Origin: Polyangiaceae bacterium
GTDB lineage: Bacteria; Myxococcota_A; Polyangia; Polyangiales; Polyangiaceae
Direction: 5' to 3'
Assembly: GCA_036500865.1 (NCBI GenBank)
Contig: DASYBG010000008.1
Coordinates: 73,618-137,617 of the forward strand
Length of the DNA stretch: 64,000 nucleotides
The translations under genes and the position numbers were made by a program. The notes under the pieces were generated by a model, which worked only from the letters and a program-made list of their open reading frames with translations, had not been told where the DNA came from and ran no database searches. Shown piece by piece: positions 29,290 to 39,123 of this stretch; within the stretch, counting starts at the first letter, position 1, and every line of letters starts with the position of its first letter.

Positions 29290-29555
29290 CCGGGATCCGC
29301 TTCGCCGCCGCCGTCGCCCTCTCCTCTCTCGCCGCTTGCGGCGGAGGGCCGCCGGCGTCCGCTCCGGCCGGCGAGGGCTCCGGGTCGCCCATCGCCGAGA
29401 TCCACCGCCACAAGTGCGCCAAGTGTCACGTCTTGCCCGAGCCGAAGACGCGCACACGCGAACACCTCGAGGACGCGTTCACGCGGCACCGGGTGCGGGT
29501 GCACCTCACCGAGGAGCAGTGGAGCGCGATGGTGGACTATCTCGCGAAGCCGTAG
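29286..29555 (+). CDS. small lipoprotein with a single CXXCH motif (89 aa)
   Basis: GTG 29286 overlaps the feoA stop (GTGA). [18 protein letters not shown] has a lipobox. EIHRHKCAKCHVLPEP contains the heme-c attachment-type motif CAKCH. Confidence 0.6.
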   Translation: MTGIRFAAAVALSSLAACGGGPPASAPAGEGSGSPIAEIHRHKCAKCHVLPEPKTRTREHLEDAFTRHRVRVHLTEEQWSAMVDYLAKP

Positions 29556-29610
29556 CCGAGCCCGCGCGAATCGGACCGAAAATGGCGTTGTCATCCCGAG
29601 ATGCGCCGTG

Positions 29611-29674
29611 GGGTCCTTCGCTTCGCGCAGGATGACGGCGATGGGTCCTTCGCTTCGCGCAGGATGACGGCGAT
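29611..29674. repeat. perfect tandem direct repeat, 2 x 32 bp
   Basis: GGGTCCTTCGCTTCGCGCAGGATGACGGCGAT at 29611-29642 and again at 29643-29674. An upstream GTCATCC (29590-29596) is complementary to the GGATGAC inside the repeat. Confidence 0.9.
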
Positions 29675-29677
29675 GAT

Positions 29678-30946
29678 TTGCAGGTAGCCTCGACCTTCGT
29701 GGGTACGCCGCACTTCCCCGCGTATTCCCCGCCGCCGCGCGCGCCTCCGCGCGTGCAGCTCGGCCTCCGCTTGCAAATCGTCCTGGCCCTCGCGGGGCTC
29801 ATGCTCCTCGCCTTCGTCCCGCTCTTCTTCGCGGTCGCGAGCCTCACGCGCGCCACGGTCCTCGAAGCCCGCGAGCACGACGCGATGGCTCGCCCGCGCA
29901 CCGCCGCCGTCACCGCCGGCGACCGTGCCACCCCGCTGGTCCGCCTCGTCGCGCTCTACATGACGACGTTCGGCCTCGCGCTCCTGGTCTTCGCGTACCT
30001 CGTCTTGACGCGGCTCATCGTGCGCCCCGTCGACCAGCTCGTCGACGCCGCAGACCGGGTCGCGAACGGCGCGCGCACGCTGCCCGTGCCGCGGAGCGGG
30101 GCGCGGGAGCTCATCGAGCTCGGCGCGAGCGTGAGGGCGATGGCGGAGCGGCTCATCAGCGAAGAAGCGGCGTTGCTCGTGAAGGTCGACGAGCTGACGC
30201 AGACGACGACGCGCCTCACCGAGACGCAGGCGCAGCTCGTGCGCAGCGAGCGCATGGCCAGCGTCGGGCGCCTCGCGGCGGGGGTCGCGCACGAGATCGG
30301 CAACCCGCTGGCCGCGCTCGCCGGCATGCAGGACCTGATGCTCCTCGACCCGGAGCTACCGCCCGAGGCGCAGCGGGACTTCCTCGAGCGGATGCGCAAG
30401 GAGACGGAGCGAATCCACACGGTGGTGCGGGATCTCCTCGACTTCGCGCGCCCCGAGGGGAGCGGGGCGCAGTCCGAGGGGAGCGACGCGATGGGCGCGG
30501 ACGTCGCGTCGGTCGTGGGGGACGTGATCGCGCTGGTGCGGCCGCAGAAGCCATTTCGTACGGTGCGCATCGAGACGGACGTGCCGCCGTCGCTGCGCGT
30601 GAAGCTGCCGGCGCACCGGCTCACCCAGGTCCTGCTCAACCTCGTGCTCAACGCGGGGGCGGCGGTCGCGTCGGGGCCGCGCGGGGCGGGCCGGGTGGCG
30701 ATCGCGGGGCGGGAGGCGGACGGGCGGGTGCGGATCGACATCGAAGACGACGGGCCGGGGATCGCGCCCGAGGTGCTGGACCGCTTGTTCGAGCCGTTCG
30801 TGACGACGAAAGAAGTGGGGGAGGGGACGGGCCTGGGGCTCGCCGTGTGCCGCGGGATCGTCGAGTCGGCCGGCGGTGAGGTGGGGGTCGCCGCCGTGGC
30901 GTCGGGGGCGAGGTTCTTCGTGGTCCTGCCCTCGCTCGCGGGGTGA
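29678..30946 (+). CDS. sensor histidine kinase (2 TM + HAMP + HisKA + HATPase_c)
   Basis: H-box SVGRLAAGVAHEIGNPL, N-box LLNLVLNAG, G1 DDGPGI, G2 GTGLGLAVC. The start is uncertain: TTG 29678 or GTG 29753 (VQLGLRLQIVLALAG). Confidence 0.9.
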   Translation: MQVASTFVGTPHFPAYSPPPRAPPRVQLGLRLQIVLALAGLMLLAFVPLFFAVASLTRATVLEAREHDAMARPRTAAVTAGDRATPLVRLVALYMTTFGLALLVFAYLVLTRLIVRPVDQLVDAADRVANGARTLPVPRSGARELIELGASVRAMAERLISEEAALLVKVDELTQTTTRLTETQAQLVRSERMASVGRLAAGVAHEIGNPLAALAGMQDLMLLDPELPPEAQRDFLERMRKETERIHTVVRDLLDFARPEGSGAQSEGSDAMGADVASVVGDVIALVRPQKPFRTVRIETDVPPSLRVKLPAHRLTQVLLNLVLNAGAAVASGPRGAGRVAIAGREADGRVRIDIEDDGPGIAPEVLDRLFEPFVTTKEVGEGTGLGLAVCRGIVESAGGEVGVAAVASGARFFVVLPSLAG

Positions 30947-30976
30947 ACGGCGAGACTTGGCGGACGCGCGGAGAGG

Positions 30977-31309
30977 CGCGAAAGGCGTGGGTCGACGTTC
31001 GTGGGACGTGCAGCGGGCTTCGCGGGATGCGTCGCGGCCTTCGTGAGCGGCGTTGCAAAGGTCGCAACGCGTAGGGCGTGGCCCGCAGAGTGTCTCGCGA
31101 AGGTTGCAGGACGCTCGGCGTAGGTCGCAGCGCGCGTCGCGAAGGTGGCCACGCGTGTCGCGAGGCCGGCGGCGCGCTCTGCCAAGGTTGCAAGGCGCTT
31201 GGCGTGGGTCGCAGCGCGCTTCGCGAAGGTGGCGACGCGTATCGGGAGGATCGCAGAGCGTCTTGCGAGGGTTCCCGTGCGTATTACGACGCTCGCAGGA
31301 CGCGTCGTT
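30977..31309. repeat. degenerate tandem repeat array, about 16 units of about 21 bp (consensus near CGCGAAGGTNGCNNCGCGNNT)
   Basis: Example units: 31096-31118, 31119-31137, 31138-31158, 31159-31181, 31182-31202, 31203-31221, 31222-31242. Higher order: 31096-31137 nearly equals 31182-31221, and 31138-31160 nearly equals 31222-31244 (offset about 85 bp). The array fills the convergent gap between the HK stop (30946) and the deacetylase stop (31315). Confidence 0.85.
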
Positions 31310-31314
31310 GTCCT

Positions 31315-32124
31315 CTACGCGCGCGGTTTCTCCGCGGCGGCTCCGTCCACCCAGGGCGCGAGAGGCACGACCTCGAGACCCTTGTCCGCCACCGCGTCCA
31401 GGATGATCGGGAGCGCGCCTACCGCGGCGGGCTCGCGCGTCCCCGTCTCGGGCGCGTCGTGCATGAGCACGATCGCCCCGTCGCGCAGGCCCGCGCACAC
31501 ACGCGCCGCCACCGCGTCCTTCTTCGCGGTCGCCAGTCCGTCGCGCGCGCCGACGCTCCATCCCACGACCGTGAGGTCGAGCGAGTCCGCGACCCGCGCC
31601 AGGATGGGGTTCGTGTGGCCGATGGGCGGCCGGAAGAGGATCGGCCGCTCCCCCGTGACCTTCTCGAGGGCCGCGATCCCGCGGGCCAGGTCCGCGCGGA
31701 CCCGCCGCTCGCCGCGCAGCGCGAAGAGCCGGTCGTGCGCGTACGAGTGGAGGCCCACGGCGTGCCCTCGCTCCACGATGGCCCGTACCACCTCCGGGTG
31801 CTGCTCCACCTTCCGGCCCACGACGAAGAACGTCGCCCGCGCGCCCCGCACCGCGAGCGCGTCGAGGATCCGCGGCGTGGACACAGGGTCGGGCCCGTCG
31901 TCGAACGTCAACGCGACCCCGCGCGCTCCCCGCGGCCCGCGGACCACGGCGTCGACGAACACGCGCCAGCGGAGCACGAAGACTCCGCCCAGGATGAGCA
32001 GCGTGTACCCGAGGAGGATCAAGAAGGCCCAACCGAACGGTGGCGCCCTCCCCGCGAGGGCCCGCGCCGTCATCACGAGCACCCCGGCGGACGCCGCGTA
32101 GACCGCGAAGCGCGCGGGCGGCAT
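31315..32124 (-). CDS. polysaccharide deacetylase (NodB homology / CE4), membrane-anchored
   Basis: ATG 32124 (MPPARFAVYAASAGVLV). NodB motifs TFDDGP and HSYAH. Two N-terminal hydrophobic segments. Confidence 0.88.
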   Translation of the reverse strand: MPPARFAVYAASAGVLVMTARALAGRAPPFGWAFLILLGYTLLILGGVFVLRWRVFVDAVVRGPRGARGVALTFDDGPDPVSTPRILDALAVRGARATFFVVGRKVEQHPEVVRAIVERGHAVGLHSYAHDRLFALRGERRVRADLARGIAALEKVTGERPILFRPPIGHTNPILARVADSLDLTVVGWSVGARDGLATAKKDAVAARVCAGLRDGAIVLMHDAPETGTREPAAVGALPIILDAVADKGLEVVPLAPWVDGAAAEKPRA

Positions 32125-32185
32125 CACAGCACCTCCCGCGTGCCAGAGGACACCGCGGGGAAGAGAGCCGCCCGCACCGCGGCCC

Positions 32186-32749
32186 TTACCGCTTTGCCCG
32201 CCGCGAACCGCCCTCGGCCTCGTCGTCCTCGACTTCCGCGGGGGCGCCCTTCGGCGGCGACGCGGGAGCGGCCACGCGCGCCTTGCGGCCCGGCTCTTCC
32301 GCCGCGACGCGCGCACGGTCCGCGTTCTTGCCCTTCGCGGGTTCCACTTCTCCCGTGTTGTCGAGCTCGAAGAACCCGCCGAGCACCGCGGCCAGGAGCG
32401 GGAGCGAGGCCTCGGGGAGGTCGCCGATCGGCGTCGGGCTGGCGGCGCCCAGCGCGGGGATCGCGATCGACCAGTTCACCCAACGGTGGAGCGCGAACAT
32501 CAGCCCCGCCCCGAGGAGCGCGCCGAAGAACGACTTGAGCCCCGCCTCGACCTTGCCCCCCTTGGACCATATGGGCTTGCCCGCGACGAGCCCCGTGCCG
32601 GCGCCCGCGAGCGCCGCCGCGAGATACCCGAGGAGCATCCCCTCGGTGCCGGCGAAGGTTTGCACCCCGAGGCCCGCGATGAGGCCGGCCGCGATGGCCC
32701 CGCCCACGAGGAGGCCGAGCACCAATCCGATGAGGAGGCGGCGCACCAT
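32186..32749 (-). CDS. hypothetical Gly/Ala-rich membrane protein (187 aa)
   Basis: ATG 32749: MVRRLLIGLVLGLLVGGAIAAGLIAGLG. About 4 hydrophobic segments and a charged C-terminal tail ending RRAKR. Confidence 0.6.
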   Translation of the reverse strand: MVRRLLIGLVLGLLVGGAIAAGLIAGLGVQTFAGTEGMLLGYLAAALAGAGTGLVAGKPIWSKGGKVEAGLKSFFGALLGAGLMFALHRWVNWSIAIPALGAASPTPIGDLPEASLPLLAAVLGGFFELDNTGEVEPAKGKNADRARVAAEEPGRKARVAAPASPPKGAPAEVEDDEAEGGSRRAKR

Positions 32750-32795
32750 GCGGCCTAAAGACTTGGCACGTGCGCGGCGCGCGTCAACGACCGGC

Positions 32796-35045
<2,250 letters not shown>

Positions 35046-35130
35046 GACGATGGCGGGAAATCTACTCGTCCCGCGCCTTCGGCGAGGGGCCTTTCTGGGG
35101 GCGCCCCGCCGTGGGGCGCAATTTCCGCGC

Positions 35131-35168
35131 GCCCATAAAACGCAAACGACGGGCAGTGGCCCGTCGTT
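35131..35168 (-). terminator. rho-independent terminator of the 35196..36242 gene
   Basis: Perfect 10-bp stem AACGACGGGC / GCCCGTCGTT (35145-35154 / 35159-35168) with a 4-nt loop. On the minus strand it is followed by TGCGTTTTATGGG, 28 nt after the TAA stop. Confidence 0.6.
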
Positions 35169-35195
35169 CGCGCGGCACGCGGTAGAGATTCGGGT

Positions 35196-36242
35196 TTACT
35201 GCACCCAGATATCGTCGACGGAGACCATGACGGTCACCGGGGAGGACAACGGCACGAAGCCCGCATCGGTGGGGTTCGGGTCGGTGTACATGATGACGCC
35301 GATCTGGTTCAGGTAGATCGTGCTCGGGCCGCCGTCCGCGGTCACGATCGGGACGTTCACCATGTTCCAGCCGCCCGCATCGATGGCTGCCCACGTGAAG
35401 CCGGCATTGAAGTTCGAGGTGCCGTAGCTCTGGCCCGCCCCGGCATCGTCACGCGGCACGTCGCCGTCGGGCGTGGCGAATTCCCCCTGATAGTAGGGCT
35501 GAATGTTGCCGGCGAAGGCGGGGCCGCCGAGGATGCTGAGCAGGTTCCCCGCATCGGTGTTGCCAGAGCTCGGGAGAACCCTGAGCGACATGTGCAGGAC
35601 CGACCCGGTGACGAGGGCGCCCGGAAAGTTGATCGGATTCGCGAGCTGGACCTTCTGGCCCGTGGTCGTGAAGGGAACCGTCACCTCGATCGAGCCAGGG
35701 CAGGTGTTGCCGTTGATCGGGTCGCCCACCAGCGTCGGCGTGAGGCCGGCCTCGAGCGGATCCTGGGATGGGAACATCTGGAACCCGCTCAAGCCGCCGT
35801 CGTCGAAGCTGAAGAGCAGCTGTCCGCCGTTCGCGAGCAGTGTCGCCGCCGTGTTGCAGGCCGACGTTCCGCCGTCCGCGGGGGCTGCATCGCCGCCGCC
35901 CGCATCGGTGGGCAGCGTGGCATCGACCCCGCCGTCGCTCCCACCGCCACCGGAGCTGCTGCTGCTCGTGGATCCGCCGGAGCTCGACGAGCTGCCGCTG
36001 CCCGAGCCGGACGAACTGCCGCTGCTGCTACCGGAGCTCGACGAGCTGGTGCCCCCGGAGCTCGATGAGCTGCTGCTGCTCGTGGATCCGCCGGAGCTCG
36101 ACGAGCTGCTGCTGGCCGACGCGTCCGGAGTGTTTCCGTTGTTGTCGTCGCCGCCGCAGCCCGCGAGAGCGACCGCCGCTGCGACCGATCCGGCGGCCAC
36201 GCACCCAACGACGATGCGCACCGAATTGACAAGCTTTGCCAT
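35196..36242 (-). CDS. lipoprotein with long Ser/Gly linker and C-terminal beta-sandwich (CBM-like) domain
   Basis: MAKLVNSVRIVVGCVAAGSVAAAVALAGC (lipobox). About 60 aa of S/G follow. The C-terminal domain LLFSFDDGGLSGF...PGSIEVTV...VMVSVDDIWVQ resembles the partial protein at 63521..64000. Confidence 0.7.
   Translation of the reverse strand: MAKLVNSVRIVVGCVAAGSVAAAVALAGCGGDDNNGNTPDASASSSSSSSGGSTSSSSSSSSGGTSSSSSGSSSGSSSGSGSGSSSSSGGSTSSSSSGGGGSDGGVDATLPTDAGGGDAAPADGGTSACNTAATLLANGGQLLFSFDDGGLSGFQMFPSQDPLEAGLTPTLVGDPINGNTCPGSIEVTVPFTTTGQKVQLANPINFPGALVTGSVLHMSLRVLPSSGNTDAGNLLSILGGPAFAGNIQPYYQGEFATPDGDVPRDDAGAGQSYGTSNFNAGFTWAAIDAGGWNMVNVPIVTADGGPSTIYLNQIGVIMYTDPNPTDAGFVPLSSPVTVMVSVDDIWVQ
35937..36122 (-). 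repeat. coding low-complexity Ser/Gly tract (aa 41-102 of the lipoprotein)
   Basis: Repeated GGAGCTCGACGAGCTGC(TG)n-type DNA. The same 37-nt string CTGCTGCTCGTGGATCCGCCGGAGCTCGACGAGCTGC occurs twice. Confidence 0.8.
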
Positions 36243-36349
36243 GAAAAGGGCCCCTTTCCGTCTAGGGAGTCGTCTCTACCACGCGACCTCCAAGGGATGG
36301 TCTCCCTTTCGTTCACGGCCCTGCATGTCGGCATGACATTGTCCCCGTG

Positions 36350-37785
36350 TCACCCACTCCCGTGACCGCGCGTGGCGCTGCGGCGTAACAGCGCATACGC
36401 GGGCACTCCGAGGGCGACGAGGGCGAGGCCGGCGAGCGCGTCCGCGGGATCGCCGACGAAAATGTAGAGGAGGAAGAACCCCGCGCCCGCGAGGTACAGC
36501 GTGGGCGTGATCGGATATCCCCACGTCCGGTAGGGACGAAATGCGTTCGCGTGCGTGCGTCGCAGGACGAAGAGTCCCGTGACGGTGAGCGCGTTGAACG
36601 CGAGCGAGGCGAACGTCACGTACGTGAGGAGGCGGTCGTAGCTCCCGGAGAGCGCGAGGACGGCGGACCAGGCGCCTTGCAGCAAGAGCGCACCCGTGGG
36701 CGTTTTGCGCTGCGGGTGCACGCGAGAGGCGAAGCGGAAAAAGAGGCCGTCACGCGACATCGCGAAGAGGACGCGCGCGCCGCCGAGAATGAGGCCGTTC
36801 AAGCAGCCGAAGGTGGAGACGAGGATGGCGAGCGAGACGAGGGTGACGCCGGGGCTGCCGAGGAGCACCGCGGCGACTTCCGCGCCGACGCGGTTCTCGG
36901 GGACGGCCGCCATGCGGTCGATGGGCAAGACGTAAAGGTAGGCGGCGCACGCGGCGAGGTACGCGGCGGTCGTCGCGAGCGTGCCGGCGGCGAGCGCGCG
37001 CGGGAGCGTCCGCTCGGGGTCGCGGATCTCTTCGGCGGCGAAGGTGACCGTATTCCACGCGTCGTAAGCGAAGAGAGCCTTCGACATGGCGACCCCCGCC
37101 GCGGCGAGCAGGCCGAGGGACGCGCCGCGCGGCCCCAGCGCGGATCCGGAGAGCGGCGCGAAGTGCGTGAAGCTCCCGCGGCCCATGGAGAAGGCCACGA
37201 CGACGAGGACCGCGACGGCGCCCAGCTTCGCGACGGTGAAGACGTTCTGTACGAGCGCGCCCTCGCGGACGCCGCGGCCGTTGACCCACGTGAGGAGCGC
37301 GATGACCGCCGTCGCGACGAGCTGCGCGCGCGACACCGTGAACGTGCCGGCGGCGAAGACGACGTCCGTCTCGCCCGCGCGGACGCCGACGCCGCCGAGG
37401 AACTTCGCGAAGGCGATGGCGACGGCGGCGTTGAAGCCGGTCTGAATGACGAGAAAGAGGGTCCAGCCGTAGAGAAAGGCGACGCGCGCGCCGAACGCTT
37501 CACGCAAGAACGCGTACTGCCCCCCCGCGCGCGGGAAGAGGGCGCAGAGCTCCGCGTACGAGAGCGCGCCGAGGAGGGTGAGGACGCCGCCCGCGAGCCA
37601 GAGACCGAGCCAGAGGGCGGGCGCGGCGACGTACGCCGCATGATCGAGGGCGCGATGAAGATCCCCGAGCCGATCATCGAGCCGACGACGAGCGTCGTGG
37701 CCGAGAAGAAGCCGAGCCGGCGGACGAGCGTGGGGCGGCCCGCGGCGGCCACCGGAAGATGCGGTGGCGCTTCCAAGCTCCGCAC
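36350..37785 (-). pseudogene. APC-family amino acid permease interrupted by a 1-nt frameshift
   Basis: The N-terminus (GTG 37785, ...RRLGFFSATTLVVGSMIGSGIFIAPSIM) is in the frame of ORF 36799..37785. The rest (AAYVAAPALWLGLWLAGGVLTLLGALSYAELCALFPRAGGQYAFLREAFG... to stop 36350) is in the frame of shadow ORF 36350..41302. The junction is at about 37636-37641: ATCATGCGGCG is seen where ATCATGGCGGCG would keep the frame. Confidence 0.75.
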
Positions 37786-37800
37786 GCGACTCCGCGCCGG

Positions 37801-39117
37801 CTAGAGGTGGAGGGCGCAGACGGCGCGCGCGCCGCGGACGAAGACGGCGCCGGCTCCTGCGTAGACCGTCGTACCGCCGCCGAGGCCCGGCGTCTCGAGC
37901 GACCAGCGGGTGACCGCGCGACGGCCGAGGAGAAGCCCCTCGTGGTCGATCCCGTAGCCCGCGACCTGGACCTCGCCGCCCTCCTCTTCGTGGTGGGCGA
38001 GGACCATGTCGCCGAGCGCGGCGTCGAGGATCCAGCGACCGCGGGCGCCGAGGACGATCTCGTCGACACGGCCGTCGGGGCGGGCGCACACGAGGGACGT
38101 GCACGGGGCGCCGTCGAGGCCGAGGCTCTGGAAGAGCATCTCGCCGTTGTGGCGGCGGGCCACGCGCGCTCCGTCGCCGAGCTGGGGCTTGGTCGCGATG
38201 CGGTCTCCCTGGGCGCGCCAGCGGACGGCGCCCGAGGCGCGGTCGACCTCGACGACCTCGACGCGCGCCCGCTCGGGCTTGTCCGGGTCCTCGGCGGCGG
38301 CCACCGCGCATACGACTCCTTCGCTGCCCACGGCGCGGATCTGCGCCCGCGGGCCGACGAGGGTCGCCTTGAGCCAGGCCTCTTCGTTCGGCGCTTCGGA
38401 CGTGCGCGCGTCGAGGCGCGAGAGCGCGGGAGGCAGCGGCGCGTCGCCCCCGGTCCATTTGCCGTCGAGCGGCGCGAAGAGTTCGTGGCCGCCCGCGCAC
38501 GCGTCCCGGGCGGGCGCGCTGTCGCCGGCGATTTCGACGCGAGGAGAGACCTCGCGCGTGGCGCCGGAGGGATCGGCGAAGACATAGGCGAGCGTCCACT
38601 CGGCCGCGTCGGCGGGGGCGCAGTCGAGCTCGAGCCAGAGTCCGCCGTCGGGCGCGGCCCACGCGTCGAGTACGTCTTCGTGGCTCGCGGACGAGGCGAC
38701 GGCGACGACGCGTCGGTGGCGCGGGGCCAGGTCTTCGGGGCTGAGCGCGTACCAATAAATGGGCTCCCCGTTGCCGGTGGCGACGACGTGGACAAGCCCC
38801 GCCTCGACGACGAGCGCCGCGACGGGGACGGGGTCGGGCAGGACGCGGCGGGCGATCTCGACGCCGGTGCGCGCATCGAGGACGTAGACGACCGCGTGCT
38901 CCCAGGGGCCGGCCTGCGCGCCCGCCGCCCGCGGCATCATCGTCGCGACGATGACGCGCTCGCCGAGGACGCGGAGCTGGTCCACCCGTCCTCCGTGATC
39001 GGGCCGCCACGACCACGCGATGACGGGCCGCGGCTTGTCGATGTCGGCGGCGACCGAGCGAGCCCCGCCCGAGTCCCCTCGCCGGTGCGTCCAGTCGCCG
39101 TGGATGACGGAGGGCAC
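37801..39117 (-). CDS. hypothetical protein, PQQ/BamB-like beta-propeller repeats suspected, no signal peptide
   Basis: GTG 39117. Recurrent strings of the type VYVLDARTGVEIARR and EVDRASGAVRWRAQ. 438 aa. Low certainty on the fold. Confidence 0.45.
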   Translation of the reverse strand: MPSVIHGDWTHRRGDSGGARSVAADIDKPRPVIAWSWRPDHGGRVDQLRVLGERVIVATMMPRAAGAQAGPWEHAVVYVLDARTGVEIARRVLPDPVPVAALVVEAGLVHVVATGNGEPIYWYALSPEDLAPRHRRVVAVASSASHEDVLDAWAAPDGGLWLELDCAPADAAEWTLAYVFADPSGATREVSPRVEIAGDSAPARDACAGGHELFAPLDGKWTGGDAPLPPALSRLDARTSEAPNEEAWLKATLVGPRAQIRAVGSEGVVCAVAAAEDPDKPERARVEVVEVDRASGAVRWRAQGDRIATKPQLGDGARVARRHNGEMLFQSLGLDGAPCTSLVCARPDGRVDEIVLGARGRWILDAALGDMVLAHHEEEGGEVQVAGYGIDHEGLLLGRRAVTRWSLETPGLGGGTTVYAGAGAVFVRGARAVCALHL

Positions 39118-39123
39118 GAGCGG

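Noticed and set aside
30977-31309. The repeat array as a CRISPR locus.
   Set aside because: The units are about 21 bp, contiguous and degenerate. There are no unique spacers of 30-40 bp, no leader, and no cas genes in the window.
31145-32101. An ORF translating the repeat array as a heptad-like protein (ATRVARPAARSAKVARRLAWVAARFAKVATRIGRIAERLARV...).
   Set aside because: The frame has a stop at 31121 just upstream and then runs antisense through the well-supported deacetylase gene. My hand count of third-position GC is about 73%, against about 94% in the neighbouring gene. The heptad pattern is a by-product of the 21-bp DNA period.
35101-35119. The hairpin GCGCCCC-5 nt-GGGGCGC as a second terminator.
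   Set aside because: There is no U-tract on the relevant (minus) strand. It lies in the presumed recD2 promoter region and could simply be chance GC-rich self-complementarity.
35937-36122. The GAGCTCGACGAGCTG-type DNA repeats as a non-coding satellite or mobile repeat.
   Set aside because: They are in frame within a lipoprotein gene and encode a Ser/Gly linker. The same kind of tract occurs in 43412..43483 in another lipoprotein.
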